From: Azolla caroliniana
Lineage: Eukaryota; Plantae; Polypodiophyta
Length of the DNA stretch: 64,000 bases
Assembly (NCBI GenBank): GCA_043228905.1
Contig: JBHGNT010000002.1
Span: 12,648,001 to 12,712,000 of the forward strand
Direction of reading: 5' to 3'
Positions 12,068 to 24,095 of the stretch are shown here, piece by piece; position 1 is the stretch's first letter, and each line of letters opens with the position of its first letter. The position numbers and the translations under genes are program-made. The notes below the pieces were generated by a model, which was not told the DNA's origin, made no database searches, and saw only the letters and a program-made list of their open reading frames with translations.

Positions 12068-14933
12068 CCCTTACGTTGAACCCCCTTGGGAGGGGGGTGT
12101 AGCCATTCTAGGCACCACCCCCCACCCCGTAATGCTTCTCAATCACTTGTCAACATCGTCATGATCTCTCTCACCATCATACTATCCATCGTCATCACAC
12201 CCACCATGTCTATTTTTATCATCAATCGTCATGATTATCATAAATGTTAACCCTAACCCTAAAACCTACAACACCTTTTGGCGACCACTAAGGCGACCCC
12301 CCTTTGGAGACGGAGTCGAAGAATAATACGCGGATGTGCAAGCCATAGTGACTAAGTGCAAGCAATGGCGAAACACGAAAATGACGGTGAAGATGTTGGA
12401 GGAAGTCTATGGAGGAATGCATGAATGGCAACAATGTTTGTGCGAGGTTGCAATTAGTGTCCATGTGCGTGTTTCCGAAAGCGGTTAGCGACAATGTGTG
12501 TGTTCTCAAAAGCATGGTGCAAGATGCATGGCTAGACAAACAACAACGTAGAGGGAACCAGTGCCAGCACGACCGGAAAGAGAAGCCCACGGAAAGTCGC
12601 AGTGTGTGGAGCGGAGACCCGCAGGATGTGCTGAGAATGCACGGGATATGGTTGCAGAAGAAGAAACATGCAAAGAGTCGAAACCGGAATCGGAACCAAA
12701 ACCCGAGTCAGTTAACATCGAAGGGTCAAAGAAGATGGAGATGGAGATGCAGACGCAAACCAGACATCAACCAACGGCGCCGGAAAGATACGGACGGATG
12801 CACTAGACAAAGGCGACGAAAAAGACACAAGACACAGTAGGATGGGACAAATGGGCCTAACAGGCGACCACACGGACGGACGGACCGGACACACGACCGG
12901 AAGACAACAGGACGACGACCGGACAGAGATGAAGAGCGACGGAGACGATATCTGAAATGCCTAGCCATGGCAACGGCAACGACAATGACCAGACGATGGG
13001 ACATGGACATTGAAAATTGACAAAGCCGGCGACGAGGAAAGAGCCGCCGAAAAGCGAAGGAGACGATGACAACGACGGACAGCAAGTCGACGGGTGGAAT
13101 GACAGAACATAGGTTAGAGTGGCCGAACAACACCGGAACGAAGGCGGCCGGATTGGACAAACGGAAAACGTCGGACAACGACTAAGATGGAGACGGCCAG
13201 ACATCGACCGAACCAACAACCGGAGCGGTTGGACGGACGAACGGGACGACGGTGAGAGAAACAGACAGATGAAGAATCGAAACGAATGGACAATCGGATA
13301 AATGATCGACAGAGACTTATAGCGACCGAATAGATGACCAGTTCAACAACGGCCAAACCGACGACCAGAAGGCATAGAGGCAGTCGAACAAGGCCGAAAC
13401 TGTGGGGAGGAAAGCGGCCGAACAACAGAAATGCAGCAGCCGGAGTGGCTGCGGGGATAGCAGAACGACAACAGAGATGGACGGCGACGGTGACGGACAA
13501 CAACAGTGACAAAGACAAAAGAAACATGGATAGACAGAGAAGAGACAGAGGCAGAAGGAGAAGGAGAAAGGGAAGAAGCAAAGAAGGAAGAGGAAGGAAA
13601 AGCACCATTAGTATTGGAAGAACAAAGAAAAGGAAAAGAAAGACAAGAAGATGACCCAAATCTATCACCAAAACAAAAGAAGAGAAAGAGACGTTGAAGA
13701 AGAAGAAGAAGAAGAAGAAGAAGAAGAAGACGAAGAAGGAAGGAATCAGAGGAGACACCGATAGAAAGGAGGGAAACGACAGAAGCAAGAACAAGAAGGA
13801 GAAGGAGAAGGGATCGTGAAAGAGAAGGACGCAGAAGAGAGAGAAGCAAAAACTGACACAGACAAGACAAGATCCGCAGACAGGAAGAGAAAGAAGAGAA
13901 AGACAAGAAAAAGATGGACAGACAAAGAAACGAGCGGGAGAGGCAAAACAGAAAAAAGGAATGAAGAAATGTAGAAAGAAGAAGAAGAGGGGAAAAAGAG
14001 ATGATAAGCGCATATGTGAGAATTTCAATTACGTAGGGGTATTGAGCAGAATTTTTTTTTTTAAATTATGAGGACGTAACGAGAAAATTCCATCAACATA
14101 AGGGTACATATCAAAATTTTAAAAAACAAGAGGGCACCACCAAAATTTTGAAAATCCCCAGAACTACTCGCACACACTCAAAACAAAGGAAGAACATACA
14201 TATATACGACATGATTTTGGACCCATGACAAAGTTCGTAAGCCGATAGAACGAGAATGTTCGTGTCGCGGAAAGATTTGCTAACCGACAAAGATGTTCGA
14301 GTCAAGCACTTTGAAAGGACCGATGGAAGTCCCGATCGAAGAAATATCATCATCAAGGCATGTGGGATTGACGTGCAAGGCACTCTCCCACAGGTGTGCC
14401 ATATTGTGTTACCCCGTACGAGATGTACGGAGAGTCAAGTGTGATGAGCGAGGGTCGAATATTATCATGATGTTGTTGTGTATGTAGGGGGCATAAATGT
14501 AATTGTGAGTCTATACGTATGTGAACACATGCACACGTGTGTGCATGTGGATGGATACGAGGAGGTGTGAGTGAGTGTCCAGTATGAATGCTCGAGGGGG
14601 CTTACACCCCTATGTATCTACCCCCTCTTGTACTATTTATTCCCTTATGGGGAATGAATGAAAAATGAATAACCATTTCTCTCTCAATCTCTCTCTTGTC
14701 ATCTATCTCTCTCTCTCTCTCTCTTCCCCCTTACGTTGAACCCCCTTGGGAGGGGGGTGGAGCCATTCTAGGCACCAGCCCCCACCCCGTAATACTTCTC
14801 AATCACTTGTCAACATCGTCATGATCTCTCTCACCATCACACTATCCATCGTCATCACACCCACCATGTCTATTTTTATCATCAATCGTCATGATTATCA
14901 TAAATGTTAATCCTAACCCTAAAACCTACAACA
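11693..14933 (+). mobile_element. Element D: non-autonomous gypsy-like LTR element (3.2 kb)
   Basis: Near-identical LTRs 11693-12273 and 14407-14933 (TGTTAC...CAACA), perfect TSD GTGGG, PBS TGGCGACCAC at 12279-12288 (tRNA-Arg-like). Purine-skewed low-complexity interior with at most a faint gag remnant at ~12350-12520. No PPT. Confidence 0.9.
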
Positions 14934-15057
14934 GTGGGCTCCCATGATTTTCCTATTTAGGTTTTCCACGTAAACACCCCGTGTCATCTCTGTGTTATAT
15001 TGTTCTCTTCCATTCCTTGTTGAAGACTCGATTGTGGCCGAGCGTTATTTCCGCACA

Positions 15058-15232
15058 CCTCCTTCCTCATATAGTGATAGTTGGAGCTTGTGGTTTTTTC
15101 CCTGTTAGGGTTTTTCCACGTAAACATGTTGTGGCATCTCTTCGGTGTAAGTGTATGAACCTCCACTTTTGTTTTTTGTTCTTTCATTAAAGTGTTTAAA
15201 GGCGCGGTTGTGGCCGAGCGCTATTCCGCACA
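15058..15232 (+). mobile_element. Distal remainder of the A1 3' LTR
   Basis: CCTCCTTCCTCATATAGTG...TTCCGCACA, matching ~288-473. Confidence 0.85.
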
Positions 15233-16440
15233 CATTGTTCGGCTGCCTATCCAACCGGTACACCGGTTACGCTTCTGCTATTGTCCACCCGTCGGTCCGG
15301 CCGCTGTCTCGGCTCGTCCGGTTCGACCACATCCGTTCTAGCTCTGTTCAGCCACTCCAACCACTCCAACTACTCTTCGACCGCTCTCATCCCAACGTTT
15401 TTTCAACCTCTCGTCCATCTCTATTGGTGTCACCATTTCCAGCCACGCCCTTTGTTGTTGGCTTCGCTGACTCCGTTGTTGTTCAGTGTCGCTGTCACAT
15501 CTTCTTCCGGCACTGTGTCTATTCGGCATGTCTGGTCATCCCTTCATCTTTCCGATCCTTTTTGGTCGTTTGTTTGGTAGTCCGGCCACTCTGACCAATG
15601 TTTTGACATTCCGGCCACTTTGACCGCTCTTCGGTCATTCTGGCCAGTTTTTGGTTCGTTTGGCTGCCTTTCCAGCCCGTTCCGACGGTTGTCCGGTCCA
15701 GCCCGTCCTCTACACATGCACACATGTGTGCATGCAGACGGATATGAGAATGTGTCAATGAGTGATTGGTATGAATGTCCGAGGGGGCTCGCAACCCTAT
15801 GTAATCTACCTTTTTGTAACTATTTAACCCCTTATGGGGAATGAATGAAGGATAAAAGGAACATTTCTCTCTCAATCTTTATCTCTTGTCATCTCTCTTT
15901 CTCTCCCTCTTCCCTTACATTGAACCCCCTTGGGAGGGGGATGCAGCCATTCTAGGCACCATCCCCCACCCCAACCCACAATGCTTCTCAACATCTTCAC
16001 CATCTCCATCGCTATGGGTTATGGTAAAGGATGATAATAGGGTAGTGATAGCCGCAAAGGATGATACTATGGTAGTGATAGCGATGGAGATGGTGAAGAT
16101 GTTGAGAAGCATTGTGGGGTGATGCCTAGAATGGCTCCAGCCCCCTTTGAAGGGGGTTCAACATAAGGGAAAAGAGATACCAAGAGAGATGACAAGAGAG
16201 AAGAATTGAGAGAGAAATATTCATTTTATCCTTCATTCATCCCCCATAAGGGGTTAAATAGTTACAAAAGGGTAGATACATAGGGGTGCAAGCCCCCTCG
16301 GACATTCACACCAATCACTCACACCTCCTCGTATCTGTCCAAATGCACACACGTGTGCATGTATACACATACGTAATTACTCACACTCACAATTACACAA
16401 CATTATAACATTCCACCGTACATCTCCGTACATCTCGTAC
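15233..16440 (-). mobile_element. Remnant of an element-D-related retroelement containing an inverted LTR duplication
   Basis: ~16020-16440 is a minus-strand D-like LTR and ~15710-16015 a plus-strand copy. 15233-15700 resembles the D interior on minus. Confidence 0.65.
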
Positions 16441-16494
16441 TATAAAATTGTTGAAAAAAATAGTTAATGTTTTAATGCACTTGTTATAATGAGT

Positions 16495-16574
<80 letters not shown>

Positions 16575-18107
16575 TCTCCTTCACTCACATTTGTATTCTT
16601 TAACTCTCACTCTCCCTCTCACCTACACCCACCGATTATATACCACTCACACCCCTTGTATCGACCTCACGGTCTAGAACTCCTCCCCCTATTTTCTAAG
16701 TATGCCACTCCCTACCTCCCCTATTTCGAATTAAGCTTGTAGGTATATTTGTATAGATTTAGGTTTATGTTTTAATCTTATTATTGGTTTTATGTTTAGT
16801 TTTAATATTAGTAATTAACCCCCTTCCCCTATTCCTAATCATGCGTCTCCCAACAAGTGTATCAAATGATTTGGGTGGGCTCAAATTATTCTTGATGTTT
16901 TTTCACTTCATTTCATCTTCGTCTCGCGCTTAATCATAAACTTCTTTCTCTTACCTCTACCCGTCGATGATCTACCATTCCACACTCCTTGTCATGACCG
17001 TATGGTCAATGAACAAACCTAAACCCTTACATTCTACAGAGGCCGATGGATCAGGGATAGGCACCCACAAAGAGATATCATTGTCAACCATCGAGTCCTT
17101 GTTCATGACGTTACATGGCATTGCAATCATGTCATCGACATCTCTCGCTTCCCCATGCTTCCCAACATTTCCCCTCACATATGTCTCATTGTAAGCATGA
17201 GACTACATTAAGTAGCCATGCATTTCTTAATTTGAATTTATTCCCGTCCTCTCTCTTATAATAACATGCACAAGACTACAATTTTGGTAGTCGGCATTGT
17301 ATTCGACCATATCCTCCCCTATGTTGTTTTTTTTCTAATTTTACTTCTACCCCTCCCTCATTTTACCTATTTTCCACCATACACCTACTTCTACCCCTCA
17401 CCCCACCTTTTCAAAATAATCTCCTACCCCTCCCTTTACTTTCTCTTAATAGCCTCATACCCCTCCCCTCACTTTTTTCAAATTTACCCCTCTACCCCTC
17501 ATTTTTTCACTTTTTTTAATTTTCTTGTTTTACCCTCCCTCTTGTTTTCCCATTCCCTTTCTATGCCTCCCTCTTTCACAAACTTTATTCTACCCCTTCC
17601 CCCTTATTTTCTAATTTTTACCCTTCCTCCCTTCTCCCTTTAATCTTATTCTACTCCTGCTCCTTTGTTTCTTCTAAATCTCACTTTAGTAATTTTATTG
17701 TACCCCTCCCCCTTATTTCTAATTTTTGTTTCCTACACCTCCCCCTTTTATTCTTCTTCATCTCACTCTATCCTTTCCTCCTTCAATTTAATTTTCACTC
17801 TACCCGCCCTCTCAATTTCACTCCCTACCCCTCCCCCCATACTTCTAAATTCATGCTCTCTATCCCTACCCTCTCATACCCCCGCCCGTTTTTCAAAAAT
17901 CTCTATAAAATCTTTTCCTACCCTTCTTAATGCCCAGATCACACATTTTCAAATTACCCATAAAATCTTTTAACCCCCCCCCCCCCCCCCACCAAATCCT
18001 TCACCCGCGCTAAACTCCCACATAATAATATTTGAAACCTCTCTCTCTCTCTCTCTCTCTCTCTATTTTATCCCTTATCTTCCCTATATAAACACCTCAA
18101 ATTCTAC

Positions 18108-18165
18108 ATGGTCGTGTGCACTGATGAGCTCCTTAGGAGTGAAACTAGTTTGCCACATCAACCAT
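18108..18165 (+). ncRNA. Minimal type I hammerhead ribozyme
   Basis: Core CTGATGA (18121-18127), stem II GCTCC-TTA-GGAGT, GAAAC-TA-GT+T (palindromic ACTAGT stem III). Stem I ATGGTCGTGTGCA pairs with TGCCACATCAACCAT. TATATAAA ~20 nt upstream. Confidence 0.8.
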
Positions 18166-18182
18166 TTCTTTGTATTACCTTT

Positions 18183-21100
18183 TGTTGAGAGATCAAGGTT
18201 AACATAGTTTAGCTATTTATTTAGTCAACCATGTAACTTCGTAGTTACCTAGATAGAATCTAGTTAGGAGTGTTGACTATAACGCCTTAAATAGGACCCT
18301 GTACTTAAGTGGGATATTCTAGATCCTCCACTCCGAAGTACATTTAATATAGGACTTACACCGTAGTACCTATATTCTACTTACACATGTGCACCTTTGC
18401 ATATGAGATGTATATATACCTCATTGTGAGTATTTTTGTATTTCATAATGATGATGCTAATTTAATAAAGAGTTAATCATCCCCCATCTTGTGTTGTTCA
18501 TAAGTGTATCTTCCTCTCTCTCTTCGTCTCACACACATACACACACATATCACATAATCTTCTGCCCTTACCTAATTCTTGACATGGTATCAAAGCATGT
18601 GGTTTAGCACATCCACTAAGTCCGCCCAACTCATCATAATTGTGTGTTCGAGACGCCGACGACAAAATCTGGCTATCCGCTACCGTAATGCCGCTACATA
18701 GCATGTGTACGTGATTGAAGGAAGAAAATCAAAAGAAGAGAAGAAATTAATCAACATGAACACACAAATGGGTAGCTCGCTCCCTAGTGAAAAGCTAGAC
18801 TGGAGCAATAATTCATCTTGGGAGTACAAGATGACCCACTACCTTGTCGGCCAAGGGTATTGGAGCTACAACAACGGCCCACAAGAAAATCGACCCAACC
18901 CAAAGAATGCTGACTACTCAACATGGGAGCAAGCAGTTAGTCGAGTCATGTATTGCTTGGCAACATTCGAGACCCCAAGACATCTAAAGAATTGTGGGAG
19001 AACTTAAAGAAACTTTTCGCCGTCAACACGGTTGCCAGAAAGCTTCAACTTCGACAAGAGTTGAACAACATTCGGCAAAAAGATATGTCCATGTTGGACT
19101 AAACCACCAAGATCAAGAGCATTTGCAACTCGCTTGGCTCCATCAACATAATCGTCGACGAAGACGAGATGGTTCAAGTATGCTTGGGCGGCTTCACACA
19201 ACGATTCGACTCTTAGCGAGGAAAAAACCTCCTTCGTTCTTCGACCTTCAATCAATGCTAATGGTCGAAGAGAACCACATTCGAGCCAATATGAAGTTGT
19301 CGGAAGCACAAATGTTTTTCTCAAGTTCGGATGGTGGCCGAGGACGAGGTCACGGTAGTAGAAGAGGTCAATTCGGCCCATCACACGAAGGGAACTCAAA
19401 CCTTCACGGAAGCCATCAAGGAACCTTCAGAAGAAGGGGGAGCTTCCATGCCAAACAAAGTCGGCAAATGAGGGCCGCAACTTGCAACTATTGCTGAAAA
19501 ATGGGACACGCGAGGAGTGTTGAAAAAGAAGAAGCGAGTCAGCTTCGACATGTCGAAAACTCACGAATTACGCCACGAACTCAGAATATGATGACTATGG
19601 CGGACTATTCGTAATGAGACATAGAGCGAACTCTATATCGGCCTCCGACTCCGCAAGCACCTCCAATTCGGAAGACGTGTGGTTCGTCGATTCTAGCGCC
19701 TCACATCACATGACATCCCTCAAAGAGTTGTTCAATGACTTGCGAACACCAGATCGGCTCGGCTTCATAGAGATTGGAGACAACACCACACATACCATTT
19801 GGCACATTGGCAATGTCCCATTCGGGAAAGAAGGCGAGCAAACTTGCATCAAGAATGTCTTGCATGTGCCCAAAATAACGAATAATTTGGTCTCCGTCGG
19901 CCAAATGGTGGAGCAAGGCATGCAAGTCCACTTCAACAATGAAGGTTGTTTCATCCAGAAAGATGGCTAACTCATAGCCAAGGGACGGAGCGACGGTCAA
20001 ATGTTCATCCTCGATTCGAACAAGGTGAAATCGGCCATGTATGCGAAAGGTCTCAAAACCGAGACAAGCATCGAGTTGTGGCACAAAAGAATCGGCCACA
20101 TAAACCTCCAATGGGTTCGAGCAATGCAATCAAATGGAGTCGTGATCAGATTTCCAACATTCTAGTCGACCGAGTATGCAAAGCATGCCAACTCGGTAAA
20201 CAACATCGACTCCCATTCCCGAAGGAGAGCTACACAAGCAAAGGCCTCCTCGACATCATACACTCGGATGTATGGGGACCGGCTGAAATGTCGACGATCG
20301 GTGTATGCCGATTCTACGTCACCTTCATTTACGACTAATCGTGCTACACGTGGATCTTCCCGATGAAGAAGAAGAGTGAAGTGTTCTCCCACATCCAAAA
20401 ACTCAAGGGGCAAGTCGAAAAAGAAACCGGTTGGCACATTCAATGCCTACGATTGGATGGAGGGAAGGAGTACTTCTCCAACGAATTCATCTCCTACCTC
20501 CAATGTGAAGGTATTCGGAGAGAATTATCATGCCGACACACACCCCAACAAAATGGCGTAGCCGATAGAAAAAATTGGTAAATACTTGAGGTAGCACGCG
20601 CCACAATGCAAGAGAAGCACATGCCGAACTTCTATTGGGACGAAGCGGCATGCACGGCCTTCTATCTCATGAATCGATGCACCACCAATGGAGTGCATGA
20701 GCTAACTCCATACGAGCTCTTCATCGGAAGGAAGCCAATCTTGTCGCACCTCAAGGTGTTCGGAAGCATTGTGAATGTACACATCTCGAACGAAAGCTGA
20801 TAGAAGCCCGACACGAAGTCGGAGGAATGTATCCTCATACGATACTCATCCGAGAAGAAGGCATAAAATTGCTATAACCCTTCGACCCGAGCAGTTCGGG
20901 TGAGTCGAGATGTAGTCTTCGACGAATCAACATCTTGGTATAAGCCCGATTCGACTGAGGAAGAGTTGAACGCCAACTCAGAGGAAGATATTTGGACAAA
21001 TCCTCTACCACAGGACAATCCAGGCCTGCCTAAGCCTTCAAGCCTTCCAAGCATGTTGCGACCAAGTCCGAACTTGGACAAAGGCAAAGTTATGATACCT

Positions 21101-21983
21101 GAATACGAAGTCAAACAACCCGACAACAACAATTGAATTGTGTTGGCTCCCTCACTAGACAGTGAGTTTGGAGTACCCATCATGCGGACAACCAAAGTAA
21201 AGAAAGCGCTCACATCGGTGAGCGAAAACTTCGACGTTCTTCTAGAGAGAAGAATCCCATCACTTGACTCGGCTACAACAAATACATGGCCCAACATTAT
21301 GCCTTGTGAGGTAGCGGCCGAACAAGAGCCCAAGAGCTCCACTGAAGCGGCTCGTAACCCACGATGGGTGGAAGTAGTCGACCTTTGTCCACACAATACA
21401 AGCCTTTGTCATTGACTTGAGGGGGAGACTGAGATTGCCACGGCAAAGAAAGCCGAAGGCTGGACTGAAGCACATGAAGCTGACGAAAGCCAAAGCGCAT
21501 GTCGGACGCCTCACACTTGAGCTTGAGAGGGCGTATTGAGAGATCAACCTCAACTTAGTGTAGTATAACGCTTAGAAGGCGTTATTGAGTCAACCATTTA
21601 ACTTTCGTAGTTACCTAGATAAAATCTAGTTAGGAGTGTTGACTATAACGCCTTAAATAGGACCTTGTACTTAAGTGGGATATTCTAGATCCTCCACTCC
21701 GAAGTACATTTAATATAGGACTTACACCTTAGTACTTATATTCTACTCACACATGTGCACCTTTGCACATGAGATGTATATATACGTTATTGTGGGTATT
21801 TTTGTATTTGATGATAATGATGCTAATTTAATATAGAGTTAATCATCTCCCATCTTGTGTTGTTCATAAGTGTATCTTCCTCTCTGTCTTCCTCTCACAA
21901 ACATATCACATAATCTTCCACACTTAACTTAATCACATAATTAGGTACTAATTAACCCTTGCGTAATTACCTAATTCTTGACA
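18183..21983 (+). mobile_element. Ty1/copia element E, with RT and RNase H deleted
   Basis: LTRs 18183-18584 and 21534-21983, PBS TGGTATCAAAGC at 18585, TSD CCTTT/GCTTT. gag EKLDWSNNSSW, protease WFVDSSASHHM, integrase HSDVWGP and TPQQNGVA. Sequence jumps from RT start (EPKS...NPRW) to the 3' end at ~21375. Confidence 0.9.
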
Positions 21984-22689
21984 GCTTTTAAGTTTCTTAA
22001 TATGAATTTCTTTTTAGTATCTCTCTCTCTCTCTCTCTCTCTAAACTTTGTACATATTTCTTTCTCTCTGTCTCTCTTTCTCCTTCTCTCACATTTGTAT
22101 TGTTTAACTCTCACTCTCACATACACCCACCGATTGTATACCGCTCACACCCCTTGTATCAACTTCACGGTCTAGAACCACTCCCCATGTTTTCTAAGTA
22201 TGCCAGTCCCTACCTCCCCTATTTCTAATTAAGCTTTTAGGTATATTTGGATAGATTGAGGTTTATGTTTTAATCTTATCATCGCTTTTATGTTTAGTTT
22301 TAATATTAGTAATTAACCCCCTTCCCCTATTCCTAATCATGCCTCTCCCACCAAGTGTGTCAAATGATTTGGGTGCTCTGAAATTGTTCTTGCTATTTTT
22401 TCATTTCCTTCCATCTTCGTCTCACGCTTAATCATAAAACTCTTTCTCTTACCTCTACCTGTCGATGATCTACAATTCCACACTCCTTGTCCCAATCGTA
22501 TGGTCGATGAACGAAACCGTGATCCACCATGAAGGATTCGAATTTTCGGTACCATTGCTGAGGTGCCTGCTCCAACCCATATAAGCTCTTCCTAAATCGG
22601 CATATCATGTTCTCCTTACCTTTCTGGACACGAATCCTTCCATTTGGTGCATATATATCTCTTACTCCAAATTTCCATGAAGAAAGACA

Positions 22690-24095
22690 GTCTTGATGTC
22701 TAGCTACTCGACTTGAGGTCCATGTTGGTCACTTAGCTCAACACTATTCGGATTGACGTCATCCTCACTACCGGGGCAAATATTTCATCGAAATCAACAC
22801 CCTTCTTCTGTTGAAAACCTTTCACGACAAATCGTGCTTTGTACCTATGTGGATTCCCGCCATCTCCCGGTTTCAACTTGTTGACAGGAACTACACGCTC
22901 CCTTTGAACAACGCTCGGCCACAACCGAGCCTAGAGTAAAACACAGAAAACAGGGAATGAAACACAACACGATAGAGAGAAGAGTACACAAGATGTTTAC
23001 GTGGTAAACCCAAACTCGGGAAAAACCACGGCAGCCCACAGACCGCAAACTATCACTATGTCAGAATGTACAATAAGAAAGCACTGAGGCCACGACCTCG
23101 AGCTTGCTATCTTCGCCACAGGCAGCAGTTACAATCAGAGGCAACGACCTCTTCCTCTCTCTCACTCTCTCTGTACACAGTTGCACGCTCTAATCTTGTG
23201 CCAACAAGAATGACAACAACTCTCTCGCACTGTTTATACAAAGAGTTTGCCCTAAGTCATATTTATACTAATATGGCTTTTCGGCTATTTACAAATATAA
23301 CCACGATGGACTCTCAGAAACATATTTACGAATATGTCTCTTCATCCGGTGAGCACTCCTCACCGGGCCTGCATCATCTGGCGCTTGTCGGATACTCGTT
23401 ATCCGGTTCTCACCGGGTCTGCATCATCCGGCTCTCCGTAGCCGGGTACTCGTCATCCGGTTCTCACCGGGTCTGCAACATCCGGCTCTCCGTAGCCGGG
23501 TATTCGTCATCCGGTTCTCACCGGGTCTGCAACATCCGGCTCTCCGTAGTCGGGTAATCGTCATCCGGTTCTCACCGGGTCTGCAACATCCGGCTCTCCG
23601 TAGCTGGGTACTCGTCATCCGGTTCTCACCGGGTCTGCAACATCCGGCTCTCTGTAGCCGGGTACTCGTCATCCGGTTCTCACCGGGTCTGCAACATTCG
23701 GCTCTCCGTAGCCGGGTACTCGTCATCCGGTTCTCACCGGGTCTTCCGTAGCTGGGTATTCCTCATCCGGTTTCGGCCTCGGCCGAGTTTGCTCATCATT
23801 ACTGTTCTTCTGACGTCCCATCCGGAGGGACCTGTTTCCTAACACTTGTATACCCACTTATTCCGTAGTGCCTTCTACCCTTTCGGCAAATGAGTCAATT
23901 CGTATGTGTGGTTCTCACGCAAGGAATCCATCTCCTCTTGCGTGGCACTTAAACGGTTTCGATTGTGGGTATCGTTCTTAGCTTCTTGAAAGCTTTCTAG
24001 CTCCCTCTCATTCGTTAACAATACACGTTCTTCTTCCGAAAATCTTTGAGGGGCCCTTCTCTCTCGTAGGGGATATCTTCGGCCTCCATTCAACA
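22690..24095 (-). pseudogene. pol: Copia-A-type RT N-terminal fragment interrupted by a solo LTR
   Basis: RRYPLRERRAP...EEMDSLRENHTYEL...NKWVYK | LKPGDGGNPHRYKARFVVKGFQQKKGVDFDEIFAPV. Confidence 0.85.
22882..23844 (-). mobile_element. Solo copia-type LTR with ~7 copies of a 54-bp tandem repeat (~23395-23760)
   Basis: TG...CA termini, perfect TSD CTTGT. Unit CTCGTCATCCGGTTCTCACCGGGTCTGCAACATCCGGCTCTCCGTAGCCGGGTA. Confidence 0.88.

Larger units (their letters stand above)
6926..15057 (+). mobile_element. Ty1/copia element A2, nested in the 3' LTR of A1
   Basis: 5' LTR 6926-7460, PBS 7464-7475, PPT ~11305-11317, 3' LTR 11320-11692 plus 14939-15057 (split by element D). TSD CCTCT/CCTCC at 6921-6925 and 15058-15062. 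Confidence 0.85.
16490..22690 (+). mobile_element. Tandem repeat unit carrying TATA box and hammerhead (Penelope-like pseudo-LTR or retrozyme-like), split by copia E
   Basis: ~16570-17010 is repeated at ~22080-22510. Removing copia E places the hammerhead just upstream of the second copy. No RT or GIY-YIG domain recognised. Confidence 0.5.

Noticed and set aside
13114-14028. 304-aa and 187-aa hydrophobic ORFs as membrane or env-like proteins
   Set aside because: They are antisense translations of a GA-rich low-complexity tract in element D, with F/L/S-biased composition and no domain motifs.
17230-18070. ORFs 17266-17643 and 17665-17973
   Set aside because: They translate a pyrimidine-rich TACCCCTCCC low-complexity spacer and are not credible proteins.
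23066-23726. ORFs with 18-aa repeats
   Set aside because: A by-product of the 54-bp LTR tandem repeat, open on both strands.
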